DNA of 64,000 nucleotides. Source: Chrysomallon squamiferum (taxonomy: Eukaryota; Animalia; Mollusca). Location: NCBI GenBank assembly GCA_012295275.1, contig CM022678.1, positions 2,108,001 through 2,172,000 on the forward strand, read 5' to 3'. Shown in pieces: positions 12,483-28,637 of the stretch. Each line of letters starts with the position of its first letter. Positions within the stretch are counted from its first letter, which is position 1. Both the position numbers and the translations under genes were made by a program. A model generated the notes under the pieces. The model was not told the DNA's origin and ran no database searches. It saw nothing but the letters and a program-made list of their open reading frames with translations.

Positions 12483-14149
12483 GTCAAACAAGTCAGTTGT
12501 TTGAAATACGCACAAACAACAGCTTTGCCTGCTGTTCTCAAAAACAATCACAGTTTTATCTTTGTTATTAATTAAACTTATTAACATATTAAGTAACACA
12601 GTATAGTATTTTTGCTGAATAAACACAAACACTTCAGTGCTAAATGAGTATTCATTTAAAATACAAAAACATTTTAAAACACAGTTATCAAATATGACTT
12701 TGTATTGTACGCATTGCCTAACACCACATAAACTATTTTATATTTACATAACATGATACTATCAACATGAAAGAATAAAAAAAAACCTAATTTTATTATC
12801 CTACTATGTCAAGTATGATTAAAACTGAAAAAATACAATTGAAGTTTTGTTATTTTAGATACATCAAACGGTATTTTTGATTGTTTGCATTTTGGTTTTT
12901 TATTTTACAATTTTAATACATATTCTACATACATACATACACATACATACATTGTGTATGTTTATGTTTGTTTCAAATGATTGTTCTGATCATTTTAGTT
13001 CACTACTACCACTACTACTACTACTACTACTACAATAACTACAAATAATAATAATAATCTTAGTAGTAATAACAGAAATAACAATAATAATAATAATAAT
13101 AATAATAACAGTAAAATAATAATAGTCATAATAATAACAAAAATAATAATAATCATCATAGTAGTAATAAAAGTAATAATAATAATGTAATAATAATAGT
13201 AATAATAGTATTAATAGTAATAATAATAAAAATAAATGTAAGTATAAAGACATAAAATAAAGCACCAACAAACTGATACAAACTGTACTCAACACTACTA
13301 GACCAGTAAATATTTCTCACAATAAACCCTTAAAACAAAGACTTTGAATTAAATTTAATGTTGATTATATAATGGCACAAAAACCTCATTTTTAGCGAGA
13401 AAAAAGTAACAACAGTCATCAATACATCAAATTCTTGTTAAACACTTTTCAGACAATTTGTCAGCACCATACAGTAAAAATGTCTCTGTTAACAAGAAAC
13501 AAAGAGAAGTATTTGAAAATATACAAAATATATTTAAACCTTTTATTTTAAAATATTATTTTATGAACTTATTTCTTAACACAATAAAAGGACACATTAA
13601 CAAACAAAAGCATGAAAAAAATGAAACAAGAAAAATTATGACGATGATTATTAATAATAATAATAATAATTTAGAAATAATTAAAATGTTACCACAGCAA
13701 CACTCAATTGTAAACTTGATATTAAATTACATATATACAAAATACCCTGCACCTACACTAAATATAACAATACAACATCTCCTGAGTATTCTCAAGCAAA
13801 ACTATCGCCATAGAAACAGATATAGTCTTGATGCTTAACAACACACACATACATAAACACGCACACACACACACACACACAAAGAAATTACAAATGGCTG
13901 ACACAAATCAGAATTGTTGAGAAGAAAAAAGAAAATAAGTAAATAATAGTAGTTGTACTAATAATAATGATTTATGAGGATAATAATAAAGTTAAACTAC
14001 TGCTATTACTGTTAGTACTTTTACTGTTACTAGTACTATTACTACAGCTGCTACTACTACTACTAGTGTCAGTCCTTTCTTTCAGATGAATCTTGTGTGA
14101 CAGCATTTTTGGAAATCATTATTATTATTTGTTTTAAATATTTCCGTTC

Positions 14150-14195
<46 letters not shown>

Positions 14196-15057
14196 GTTAT
14201 TGTTATTGTTATTGTTATTGTTATTATTATTATGTAAGGGAAGGAAAAATGATGACAAAGTCAAAATATGTTAGCAAGTTAGTATGATCTTATCACCACA
14301 ATGTTAAAAATGTTACAATCATGTTGTAATAATTAATATGTTGCTGTAGTTACTATGTTGCTATAGTCAGTATCATTTTCCTGTGGTTAATATGCTGCAA
14401 TAGTTAGTATCATGTTGCAATAGTTACTGCATTGCTGTAGTAACTATCATGTTTTAATAGAGACATGTACATATCTTTATATCATGTTTCTGTAATCACA
14501 TTTGATACCACATTACTAAAAAGAGAACATAAACTTTTTATCACAACACTATAATCTCATTATCATGTTGATTTTGCATCATGTTGATTTTATTAACATG
14601 ACGCTATTATGTTACCAGCATGTTTAAATCAGACACAATTAATATGCAAATCTTCTTACACATATAACATTAAAATTTATCAGTCTTTTAAAGATCTGTA
14701 AAATCGAAAATATTAAATAGAGCAAATATAAAACTTCTGCCAGAGAGCTACATTTGGAATGGGAAATTAAAAAAAAAAAAAGAAAAAAAAGGAAGAGCAC
14801 TGTGGAATTACTTTTTTTTAACACTCAGTAAATTTCATGCTAGTTTTATAAAGTGTAATTGTAAAATAGACAAAAAACAAAATTGAAAACATTTTAAAAA
14901 AAACCCAGTGATAAATGTTTAAAAAAAATAAAGTCCAACAGACATTTCAGTGGAAGAAATTTAACTAATTTGTATCATTTAAACATATTCCCTGATTTTT
15001 GTCTGTTCCTCAGATTTTAAATATCACAGACTGAAAATGTAAACACAGTACATCTTG

Positions 15058-15114
<57 letters not shown>

Positions 15115-15292
15115 AAAGAGAGAGAGAGAGAGATTTACAGAAATATAAACAATCAATTTCAAACAGACAGATGGCAAAAGAGAAAAATACAGAATAAAGG
15201 AGAGACAGAGAGGAAAACGTTTGTGAGACGTACAGAGATGGACAGAAAGAAGGAGAAGGAGTGAGTGAAGGAGGTGTGCGTATTGTGTGATG

Positions 15293-18200
15293 TTAGTCTT
15301 TAAGGTCCTGACATCTTGTACAGTCCAGCATCTCATCAACGTACTCCTCTATCTGAACTGTCGTGTCTGTGATTCCAAACTTCTCTTTTATTAGTTCTGA
15401 TGCCTGGCTGATCAGAAGCAGTGGGTTGTAATCTTTCTCTGAAAAAAACAAAAAAAAAAAAAAAAAAAAAAAATGAACAAAAAAGGGTAAAAGTAAATAA
15501 AACAATATAAATACTTGGCTATTCATATTGATAGATAAATAAATGGAGATATTGATAGATAGATAGATATATAGAGAGAGAGACAAACAGACATGAGACA
15601 CACAGATAGACAAATAAACAGACAGATAGATAGATATATGGACAGATAAGTAGATGTAAAACACTATAGACATACATAATGTTTAAAATCCAAAATTATT
15701 TAAAATCTGGACACAAGGTCACTTTAAGCAGAGAATGTGTCAACACTGTGAATGCTGTAAGCAGAAGGAAAGTGAAAACGTTGGCTACAACAGATCAGCT
15801 GTCGTTAAAGTACACATGTACTTACCTATTGCTAAGTGGACGGAAAGTGCTGTCTTGTTCAGCGTCAAGGACCACACCCGGAGATTGTGAATATCCTTCA
15901 CCCCTTCAATCTCGTAAAATGTTTTCCTTATTTCAGAAAAATTTAAGTTTCTTGGTGTCCCTGTGAACCATGTTAAAATTTAGTTGTTATTTAAATTTAA
16001 TTGAATTTAATTTAATTTTGTTTATTTTGTTTGTTTGTTTGCTTGTTTGTATATTTATGGTTTTTTTGTTAATTTATTTTTTATTTTGTTTTTTTTGTTT
16101 ATTTGTTATTTCTTCTTAAACTTATTTACTAAAATAAAATTTAAATACTAGATACATTTTAGATATTTTGTTAGCATATAACTGGTAATTACAAATTATT
16201 AAAAAATATATTGTACAATTCCATAAATACTGTGAAACATTCTATAATAATTATTATATAAATATGTATCATAAAAATAACATTGTGAAATTACACAAAT
16301 ATTGGATAAATTAACAATAAATATTCATGTAAATAAAGAAAAAGTAAAATTGTTATATTAAGATAAATAATTTTATTTAAAAAACCCAGTATGTAGCAGT
16401 GTATAAAGGGGATAAATCAACACACATTTGTACAATTAGAAGAAACATTGTACAATTAAAACAATATTACGCTATTGAACAATATTGTATAATTTTAACA
16501 ATATTTAATGAATATTTAGAATAATATTGTATCATTAAAATAATATTGTACAATTAAAAAATATTGTTCACTTGGAACAAACATCATACAATTAGAATAC
16601 AATACTGTACAATTAGAACAGCCATTGTACAATTCGAACAATATTGTACAACTGGAACAACATTATATAATTAAAGCAAACACTGCATAGTTAAAACAGC
16701 ACTGCATAATTAAAGAAATACTTCATAATTAATTAATGAAATAATTATAAAAATAAAACAAAGCTCCAGACTCACCCTCCATGAGTATGACTAGAATATC
16801 TCGTACAACTGTGAAGGTCGTCACAATGACAAACACAGAAAACACAAACGTACAGATAGGATCGGCTATTTTATACTGTGGCTGTAAAGAAGAACGAATT
16901 AATTATTAAATAAAAAAATAAAAAATTAATATTTAATCTACAAAATGTCTCGTAAATGAAATACGTTACGGATTATGATTAAGAATAAAAAATTTTAGGT
17001 TACATAAATAAGAGGTAATAAAAATATTGATTAAAAATGTGCAACTAATTAAAAATATATTTTTCTTTCTCTCTGTTAATCTCTTTTTCTAATATTGTAT
17101 CTTTATTTCTATCTTCATTTGTCTCTGATGCTTTTACTTTCTTTCAATCTCTCTGTATCATCTAATCGCATTTTATTATTCTCCTTTTATTAAATTAAAT
17201 AAATAGGCAAAAATAAATTAAAATGAAATAAAATAAAATTCACAATAAATAAAAATAGCTAATCAATAATGTAAATAAAATAACAAACAAAATAATAAAA
17301 CAATAACAATAATGAAACAAAGTAAAATAAAATAAATAAAATAAAATAAAATAAAATAAAATAAAATAAAATAACATATATAACGAAATAAAATGAAATA
17401 AAAAAAAAACGTAAAAATAAATAAATAATAATTATAAAAAAAATAATATGTCTAAATAAAATAACAATAAAAACAAATAATAAAAAATAACTTAAAAAAT
17501 ATAATATAAAAAAAAGCAACAAAAAAACAACAATAATGAAATAAAACGAAATATAAATCCAATAAAACAGCAAACAATAAATAAAAATAATAAAAACACA
17601 AATAAAATCCAATAAAACAAAACTAACATAAAATGAAAAAAAAATTAAATTCATAAGAAAATAAACTGCTGCACATACAGACAAACAGACAGGCAAAGTT
17701 TTATTCAATTACTCAAACCTTAAAATAAATAATAAAGGCTGCTACAAGGACCCCTATACTCTGCACAAAGTCCCCTAGAACATGGATAAACGCTGCTGTC
17801 ACGTTGATGTTTTTTGACTCTTGGCGTTTGACGGGTGACGTCACCCTCCCATTCTCTGCCATGGAGCCGTAGTTGATGCTTGTTTCTGCTGAAGGAGTGA
17901 CGTTGTGGCTGTGGGTGTGAGATCCAAGAGAGTGGGAATGTTGGTGAAGAATCAGACCAAGACTGTAAACAATGATAAAAAAATAAATACATATATAAAT
18001 GAATAAATATCTGTACGTGTTTCTAAATACATTTTGTAGTAATATTAATAAAACTAGTAATGGTAATAGTAGCAGAGGTAATAGTAGTAGTAGTACTAGT
18101 AGTGGTAGTTGTAGCAGTTGTAGTTAAATAAATACATATATAAATGAATAAATATCTGTACGTGTTTCTAAATACATTTTGTAGTAATATTAATAAAACT

Positions 18201-18519
18201 AGTAATGGTAATAGTAGCAGAGGTAATAGTAGTAGTAGTACTAGTAGTGGTAGTTGTAGCAGTTGTAGTTATAGCAGCAATAATAGTAGCAGCAGCAGTA
18301 GTAGTAATAACAGTAGTATTAGTAGTAGTAGTAGTAGCAATAATAATGATAATAACTGTATGGTGGTACTAGTAGTAGTAACAGTAGTGGTAGTAGTAAT
18401 AGCAGTAGTAGAAACAGTAAAGTTGTAGGAAGGTAATAACAATCATAGAACATAACTTTCATCTTTCTGTAAACTGTAAATAGAAATTCAAATTTAAAAC
18501 AACAACAAAGTTTGATAGT

Positions 18520-18583
<64 letters not shown>

Positions 18584-20187
18584 TTTCGTTGTAAGTCTTT
18601 ACCGACATCTCAGTGACAACAACAACAACAGCTACGTGACGTACGTGAGGTTGAACGCGACGCCCACTGCCGCTGTGATGAGCATGATCTCGGCGTCGAT
18701 GGAGTAGTGCTGTCTGATGATGCGCTCAGTGGCCGAGTAACAGAGAATTCCTGTCAGCACCCACAGCACAAGTATAGACAGCAGCGCTCCAAGGATTTCT
18801 GTAAAATCAACAACATACTGTGAGTCAGTGAGTCAGTGAGTGGGTGAGTGGGTGAGTGGGTGAGTGGGTGAGTCAGTGAGTCAGTGAGTGGGTGGGAGAG
18901 GGGGAAGAAGCTAGACAGACAGAGAGAGAAAAAGAGAGGGAGAGAGATGGACAGGTACATATTTAAATGTAAATAGGATGTGCATAATTATACCATTTAA
19001 TGATATCTATATCTACATATATATATATCTGTACATCTAGATACTTACATACATACATACACTGACAAACAGATAAAAAGAGATTGACAGACAGATAGAG
19101 GCTGACAGAGATGCAGATATTATACAGATAAAGTAAATGTGATGTGTTGTACCTGCTCTGTACCAGCCAAAGAAACAAACAGACAGACAGACAGACAGAC
19201 AGATATAAGACAGATTATAAAGATGTGACAGTGTGATGTTGTACCTGCTCTGTACCAGCCGAAGCTGAGTTTTTTTGTTGCTGGTCGTGTGCCGAGGTAG
19301 AGAGCCAGCAGACTGATGAGAAAACTGGCGAAGTCTGTGAGGAGATGAGCAGCATCAGAGATGATAGCCAGACTGCCTGCCAGTATCCCTCCTGTAACAC
19401 ATAGATACATACATACATACATACATACATACATACATACATACATACATCAGAGATGATAGCCAGACTGCCTGCCAGTATCCCTCCTGTAATACATACA
19501 TACATACATACATACATACATACATACATACATACATAGATACATACATACATACATACATCAGAGATGATAGCCAGACTGCCTGCCAGTATCCCTCCTG
19601 TAATACATACATACATACATACATACATAGATACATACATACATACATACATACATACATACATACATACATACATACATACATACATCAGAGATGATAG
19701 CCAGACTGCCTGCCAGTATCCCTCCTGTAATACATAGATACATACATACATACATACATACATACATACATACATAGATACATAGATGCCTGCCATATCC
19801 CTCCTGTAATACATACATACATACATACATACATAGATGATAGCCATACTACATACATACATATACATACATAATACATACATATATATATACATACATA
19901 CATACATACATACATACATACATACATCAGAGATGATAGCCAGACTGCCTGCCAGTATCCCTCCTGTAATACATAGATACATACATACATACATACATAC
20001 ATACATCAGAGATGATAGCCAGACTGCCTGCCAGTATCCCTCCTGTAATACATACATACATACATACATACATACATACATACATACATCAGAGATGATA
20101 GCCAGACTGCCTGCCAGTATCCCTCCTGTAATACATAGATACATACATACATACATACATACATACATACATACATACATACATACA

Positions 20188-20221
<34 letters not shown>

Positions 20222-22949
20222 CATACATAGATACATACATACATACACACATACATACATACATACATACATACATACATACATCAGAGATGATAGCCAG
20301 ACTGCCTGCCAGTATACCTCCTGTAATACATAGATACATACATACATACATACATACATACAGACATACATACATAGATCAGAGATGATAGCCAGACTGC
20401 CTGCCAGTATACCTCCTGTAATACATACATACATACATATACATACATACATACATACATAGATACATACATACATACATACATACATACATCAGAGATG
20501 ATAGCCAGACTGCCTGCCAGTATATACCTCCTGTAATACATAGATACATACATAGATATACATACATACATACATACATACATACAGATGATAGCATACT
20601 GCCTGCCAGTATACCTCCTGTAATACATACATACATACATACATACATACATACATACATACATACATACATACATACATACATACATCAGAGATGATAG
20701 CCAGACTGCCTGCCAGTATACCTCCTGTAATACATACATACATACATACATACATACATACATACATACATACATACATACATACATACATACATACATA
20801 CATACATACATCAGAGATGATAGCCAGACTGCCTGCCAGTATCCCTCCTGTAATACATAGATACATACATACATACATACATACATACATACATACATCA
20901 GAGATGATAGCCAGACTACCCTCCTGTAATACATACATACATACATACATACATACATACATACATCAGAGATGATAGCCAGACTGCCTGCCAGTATCCC
21001 TCCTGTAATACATAGATACATACATACATACATTCATACATACATACATACATAGATACATACATACATACATACATACATACATACATACATCAGAGAT
21101 GATAGCCAGACTGCCTGCCAGTATCCCTCCTGTAATACATAGATACATACATACATACATACATACATACATACATACATACATACATCAGAGATGATAG
21201 CCAGACTGCCTGCCAGTATCCCTCCTGTAATACATAGATACATACATACATACATACATACATACATACATGATAGCATACATATCCCTACATAATACAT
21301 AGATACATACATACATAGATACATACATACATAGATACATACATACATACATACATACATAGATACATACATACATATATACATACATAGATACATACAT
21401 ACATACATACATACATACATACATACATCAGAGATGATAGCCAGACTGCCAGCCAGTATCCCTCCTGTAACACATACATATATACATACATACATACATA
21501 CATACATACATACATACATACATCAGAGATGATAGCCAGACTGCCTGCCAGTATCCCTCCTGTAATACATAGATACATACATACATACATTCATACATAC
21601 ATACATACATACATAGATACATACATACATCAGAGATGATAGCCAGACTGCCTGCCAGTATCCCTCCTGTAATACATAGATACATACATACATACATACA
21701 TACATCAGAGATGATAGCCAGACTGCCTGCCAGTATCCCTCCTGTAATACATAGATACATAGATACATACATTCATACATACATACATACATACATACAT
21801 ACATCAGAGATGATAGCCAGACTGCCTGCCAGTATCCCTCCTGTAATACATAGATACATACATACATACATACATACATACATACATACATCAGAGATGA
21901 TAGCCAGACTGCCTGCCAGTATACCTCCTGTAATACATAGATACATACATACACACATACATACATACATACATACATACATACATACATACATACATAC
22001 ATACATACATACATACATACATAGATCAGAGATGATAGCCAGACTGCCTGCCAGTATCCCTCCTGTAATACATACATACATACATACATACATACATACA
22101 TACATAGATACATACATACATACATACATACATACATACATGATAGCCAGACTGCCTGCCAGTATACCTCCTGTAATACATAGATACATACATACATACA
22201 TACATAGATCAGAGATGATAGCCAGACTGCCTGCCAGTATACCTCCTGTAATACATATATACATACATACATACATACATACATAGATACACACATACAT
22301 ACATACATACATACATCAGAGATGATAGCCAGACTGCCTGCCAGTATACCTCCTGTAATACATAGATACATACATACATACATACATACATACATACATA
22401 CATACATACATACATACATTAGAGATGATAGCCAGACTGCCTGCCAGTATACCTCCTGTAATACATAGATACATACATACATACATACATACATACATAC
22501 ATTAGAGATGATAGCCAGACTGCCTGCCAGTATCCCTCCTGTAATACATAGATACATACATACATACATCAGAGATGATAGCCAGACTGCCTGCCAGTAT
22601 ACCTCCTGTAATACATAGATACATACATACATACATACATACATCAGAGATGATAGCCAGACTGCCTGCCAGTATATCTCCTGTAATACATACATACATA
22701 CATACATACATACATACACATACATACATACATACATACATACATACACACATACATACATACATACATACATACACACATACATTAGACACATACATCA
22801 GAGATGATAGCCAGACTGCCTGCCAGTATACCTCCTGTAATACATAGATACATACATAGATACATACATACATACATACATACATAGATACATACATAGA
22901 TACATACATACATAGATACATACATACATACATACATACATACATACAC

Positions 22950-22992
<43 letters not shown>

Positions 22993-24259
22993 CATACATA
23001 CATACATACATACAAACATATATACATACATACACACACACACACACAAACATACACATACACACACACATAAATACATACATACATACATACATACAAA
23101 CATACATACATACATACATATACGTACATACAAACATACATACATACTGCATACATACATGCAAACATATATATACATACATACATACATATACACATAT
23201 ACACATAAACCAATAAATACATACAAAAGTTGATATAGCTAAATGTTTATGTAACTAAATGTTCACATAACAGAATGTTAACTGAAGAGAATGTTTAAAT
23301 AACAAAAGGTTATTGTAACTAAATGTTTACCTAACTAAATGTTTACATAACTAAATGCTTATGTAACTAAATGTTATTGTAACTAAATGTTTACAAAACT
23401 AAATGTTTATGTAACTAATGTTATTGTAACTAAATGCTTACAGGACTAATGTTTACCTTAACTAAATGTTTACATAAATGTTTACCCAACTGAATGTTTA
23501 CTAAATGTTTACCCAACTAAATGTTTACTAAATGTTTACTTACCGACTGCTTCTGCAGTCATGAAGACTAGACACAGCAGGCTGGCAGTGATCAGTTTGT
23601 TTCTCGCTCGTTTGTCCATTTCAGTTTTAGTGAGTCTGTCATGACAATGTCCTACTGTAAATACACACAGACATTAGACACACAGACAGAAAGACATTCA
23701 TACACTCAGGGGGATCAGACACACAGACAGACAGACACAGTTTGTCCATTTGACAAACACAGAAACTAAAGAAAAATTATTAGAATTGTTGAAATGTTGC
23801 ATGCAGGTAAAATCAGATACAGACAGATGAACAGACAAATAAGTCAGAAATTCAGACAAACAGATGGATGGATGGATGGGTGGAAGAAGAAGAAAAAAAA
23901 TAAAAAATAAATGTTTCGTTTATTAAGCCACTCATGATTAAACACCAGACAGATAATTAGAAAGGAAACCTGTCCAAAAAGTCTACTCCAGACAATTCTG
24001 TCTGCACAAATTAAAAGTATTAATAATTAAAAAATATATATATATCTAAAGTAAAATTAGTGAATTCTTTTTTAAACACTTACTTTCTGAATTATTTATA
24101 CTATGTTCCAGTTCTTCAGATCTGTAAAAACCACAACAGAAAACCTTCATAAATTATTTTCTTATACGGACAGAAATACAGTCAGAGATTGACTGATGGA
24201 CAGATAGATACACAGACAGACAGATTATGAATGTCTGTATGTATATTTTTCTCTACCTA

Positions 24260-24306
<47 letters not shown>

Positions 24307-24335
24307 TTTGTTTTAGGTATGTGTAAACTTGTAAC

Positions 24336-24373
<38 letters not shown>

Positions 24374-25270
24374 TGTGTGTGTGTGTGTGTTTAAATTTGT
24401 AACAGAAATGAGGTATTGATTTTAAATGTCACAGACAATGTCACTTGTCACAATGCAGAAAATGTCACACAAAAATTTTAATTTGATTATGTCAATCTTG
24501 TTAACGATCATCTAAATTGTGTTGTTTTGTAACCATGACAACAGTTCTCTGATTAAATACACAATACAAAGTAGAGAAGACAAAAAAATGGAGTGATTTA
24601 ACAATAATGCATTAGAATGATCTCCCTTGATAAAAAAAACAAAACACATATGATATATAAATATATATATATATATTTTGATAAAAAATTGAAATTAATA
24701 AAAAAAAATCATTTGTAGTTTAAATAATAATTTTTTTTTTTTTATATTATTATCATTATAATTATTGTTGCTGTTGTTATTATCATTCAAATGTATTACT
24801 GCTAGCATAAAATTTCAATAATTGATCAAAAGAAGTTTTTATTTTGTTATATTTTATATTGATAAATGTTACTAAACCAGTGTAATATTAAAATTCAAAA
24901 GAGAACTTTTTTTAATTTTGAAAAAAAAAAAAAAAAACACCTATAAAATAATATAAAAAAGGAAAAAAAAAATTTGAACCCCCCAAAAAATTAAATTTAA
25001 ATTAAAAAAAAAAAAAAAGTAGATAAAATGATCTATGTTGAAAGCTATGATACATGTCAGTTACACAAGCACCACTACAGATAAAATCTAATTAACTTTA
25101 TTAATGAAAATGCAGAACCAATATCACACGTAGAAAAGATGTTGAATGAAAAACGTTTTTGGTTTTAAATTTCAAAGTTAATGATGTTCATTTTATAAAT
25201 GAACACAATTTGTAAAAAAAAATAATAACTGAATAAAATTAATTAAAGCATACATACATACATACATGTG

Positions 25271-25301
<31 letters not shown>

Positions 25302-25756
25302 AAACATATATACATATTAAAACAAAAAAGATTAATAATAACAATAACAATAATGATGATAATAATATTAACAACAACAACAATTTAAATTAATAACAAA
25401 ATAAAATGTGACAATGTTTAGTTGACATATGGATCTGAAATATTATACATTAATTCACTGGCTGAACATATTTGTTTTGTTATTATTTATTTATTTATTT
25501 ACTTATTTTAAATAAAGTTAATAAAGTCATGTGTTTGTAACATACACGCACTGTATGCGATATGCTCAGACTGGGATTCTGGGATATTTTTAAAATTAAA
25601 TTATTATTATGTGTTTACAATAAACTAACACTGTATAGGATACACTCTCATACACACTTGTTTTTTTAAATTAAATAACAAAATTCTGAGTCTTTCAAAG
25701 GGTGTGGCTACTGTTCTGCCAGTCTGGTAGTGTTTTTGCAATTTATATATGTATGT

Positions 25757-25787
<31 letters not shown>

Positions 25788-26652
25788 GAGAACAATACAA
25801 AAACCATCATCTAGCAGACAAACAACTGTTGTATAAATTCTTTTTAATTTAACAGACTATTTATTGGATGATTGTTGTTTTTTTTTGTGTTTTTTAAATG
25901 ACCAAAATATTAAGACAAATATTAAGTAACAGTTGTGATAAGCAAAGTTAACATTCAACACAACTGAAGGAATTGTTAAAGTATTTGCACATTGAAGTTT
26001 TGTAACTGAAAATGTCTGATGAAAGTTTCAGAATTTTTTTTTTTTTTTTTTTTTTTTGATGATTGGCAGTCAAGCACATATGCTGGTGATTAAATCAAAA
26101 GCTGTTAATGATTAAGATATTTAAATGAATGCTCTTGTTTTAGATTTTGAGATATATTTGTACTGAACAGAAAATATTTAACTATATTTTGCTGGACTGT
26201 ATGAAAATTTCTCTTTGGAATATTACCTGGTACAAAACTTCCCAAGAAAGGTTATGATTTTAAAAACTTTATAAAGGGCCTAAAAACTGGTAACTAACGT
26301 AAAATTATTTTGTCTTTTTAAGCAAAAACCTGCATTGTTATAATGTCAAAATTATCTGTCCTGTAACTAAGCCACAAAATGGCCCAGAAACCAAATTTTC
26401 AGAAAAACTAATGTCATTTTATATAATATATACATATATATATACACAGCATTATCACTACAACAGATGTTTTTATATCAATATAAATCTATCTATCTAT
26501 ATACACACAAACACACACACACACACACACATATAAACGCGCACACGTACATACACACACACTACAACAGAAGTTTTCAAATTAGAAATGCCATGACTGA
26601 TTTTAAATGATATTTCTGTTAACAGTTAACATTCGTAGCTGTTTTGAGTTGT

Positions 26653-26688
<36 letters not shown>

Positions 26689-26734
26689 TTGTTTTTAAAT
26701 TTTTTTATTTTTTTTTCAGGATGCTTTTAAATTT

Positions 26735-26775
<41 letters not shown>

Positions 26776-27050
26776 CGTTTTCTCTTTTTTCTTTTCTTTT
26801 GATGATCTAAACTGAGAGATAATTAGCAGTGGCGTGGCTACCTGTAACTAATCAGCCTGCTCGATTCAGTGAAATTGTTACTTTCGTCTTCAATGTCCGC
26901 GTCGTCTGTCATCGAGGAAATACATTTATGACGAGGTCGTCTTCGATCCGAACTTGATAAGTTTCCTTGTTCCTTTACGCCACTTTTTCCTCCAAGAATC
27001 TTTGTTTCGGGGATAACATCAACTGGTGCATCATTTTCTTGAGAAGCCAT
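15293..27050 (-). CDS. SLC30A2: zinc transporter, CDF family, ZnT2/3/4/8 (SLC30A2-like) subfamily
   Basis: Exons 27050-26842, 24121-24084, 23654-23544, 19391-19245, 18798-18645, 17962-17719, 16881-16776, 15960-15826, 15438-15293 join in frame. Motifs: [35 protein letters not shown], His-rich loop, [27 protein letters not shown]-terminal CTRC. Confidence 0.94.
17981..18270. repeat. ~145-bp tandem duplication in ZnT intron, just upstream of an acceptor
   Basis: 17981-18125 is repeated at 18126-18270. Confidence 0.9.
19392..23225 (-). repeat. array of ~33 copies of ZnT acceptor plus first 38 exon nt, interspersed with (TGTA)n
   Basis: Unit TTACAG|GAGG[GT]ATACTGGCAGGCAGTCTGGCTATCATCTCTGAT-GTATGTATGT, which encodes [13 protein letters not shown]. 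Confidence 0.97.
23240..23543 (-). repeat. short tandem array abutting a ZnT donor (GTAAACATTTAG units)
   Basis: The real donor G|GTAAGTAAACATTTAG is followed by many GTAAACATTTAG(TT) copies. Confidence 0.85.
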
Positions 27051-27725
27051 ATTATTTATTTATGTCTGTCTATAATAATTTTACTTTTAGGTTCAGATGG
27101 CGAAGGGAAGGACGGGTTGAACAACAATGGATTAGAATTATCGCCCTTGATTACAAAAGGGCTTATTCGATTAAAAAAATCCCAAACCATTTTCAGTTAT
27201 AATAATAACGATTGGGCTTTTTGTTATTTCTCTTTTCAGCAGACGTCGGTATACTAAAAGCACGAGCGTTTCCCATTTCACATATCTGTATGCATATGTG
27301 CATATGTGTATGTGTATGTATGTACGTATGTATGTATAATATATATATATATATATATATATGAAAGCTTTTAAATTATCAGTTATATCACGTATTTGAT
27401 CTGAGTGACGTGGCAACATCATAAAATACATTATACAGCTTTGTTACTACGCCCCAAAATGGTCGGGAATATAAATGAGAAACTGAAATCATATTCGACG
27501 TTTTGAAAATTATTTGCAAATTGTTCAGCATAGATCAGTTTCAACTGCGTGGTTAAAAAAAAAAAAAAATAATAATAGTCTAAAAAAAATAATAATAAAT
27601 AAAAAAATAAAATAAAATAAAATAACAAAAATAATACTATTTTCAAAAATTAAGTTCAGAGCAAAAATCGACACGTTCCATGCTGGACAAAGAATAAGGA
27701 CAAAGGTTTCACTGGCACCATATTT

Positions 27726-27793
<68 letters not shown>

Positions 27794-27812
27794 CAACAAC
27801 AACAACAATAAT

Positions 27813-27860
<48 letters not shown>

Positions 27861-27917
27861 AATAATAATGATGATGATGATGATGATGAATAACAACATT
27901 AATAATAAAAAGAATAT

Positions 27918-28420
27918 GGCCGTAACTACTGAGGCAAATGAGGCAAATGCCTCATTCCTAAATTGACGATTTTTTAAAAAAAAAAAAAAAAAAAAATAAA
28001 CATTTTATTTTAAAAATTTAAAATATAAATCTCTAATCCGATAGAAACTTTATCCACAGAATGAATTCGTTTGTGTCCACGGTTAGCGTTTGAACATCTA
28101 CCAGCAGCTGTTCGTTGCGATGAAAGAACTGACTTCGAAAACATCAGTTTTTGCCTCATTTCAATAACAGTCTAGTTACGCGCGTCTGTTTTGTGAGTAT
28201 TCGTGTGTCAGTCCATTTTGTGCGTGATCTGACGACGCTTGTGTGAGTCGTGCGTGCGCTGTGCGTGTAGGTAACAGAGTGTAATGAAATGTACTCACTG
28301 TGTGCAGATTTCAGTGAGTTCTGTGTGAGTATTCTCGTCCATTGCTGAGCGCAGACGTGAGATGATCCGGAGATCTCAGGCACAAATAGCGTTCATTCCA
28401 GAAAACCTACCAGAGCGTAA
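27918..28420. mobile_element. possible non-autonomous DNA transposon (hAT-like) remnant
   Basis: Begins GGCCGTAACTAC-TGAGGCAAATGAGGCAAATGCCTCA (a TIR-like start with a subterminal palindrome) and is GC/CpG-richer than its flanks. No matching right TIR or TSD was identified. Confidence 0.3.
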
Positions 28421-28606
28421 TAAATATCAGAATCATTTTAAAAATGATAAAAACATCAAAGCTGCAGTATATAATAAAAAAAAAAAAATGGTAATATATA
28501 AAAATTTAAAAAATTAAAAAAGAAAGGAAGAAAGAATAAGTATATTTCCAGTATACATATACATATACATACTTTATATATATATATATGTATGTATGTA
28601 TGTATG

Positions 28607-28637
<31 letters not shown>

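Noticed and set aside
19215-23226. Many long ORFs (up to 423 aa, MYVC repeats) and a repeat-spacer look resembling a CRISPR array
   Set aside because: The ORFs come from a (TGTA)n microsatellite lacking stops. The spacers are microsatellite rather than unique, the repeat is a ZnT exon fragment, the context is eukaryotic and there are no cas genes.
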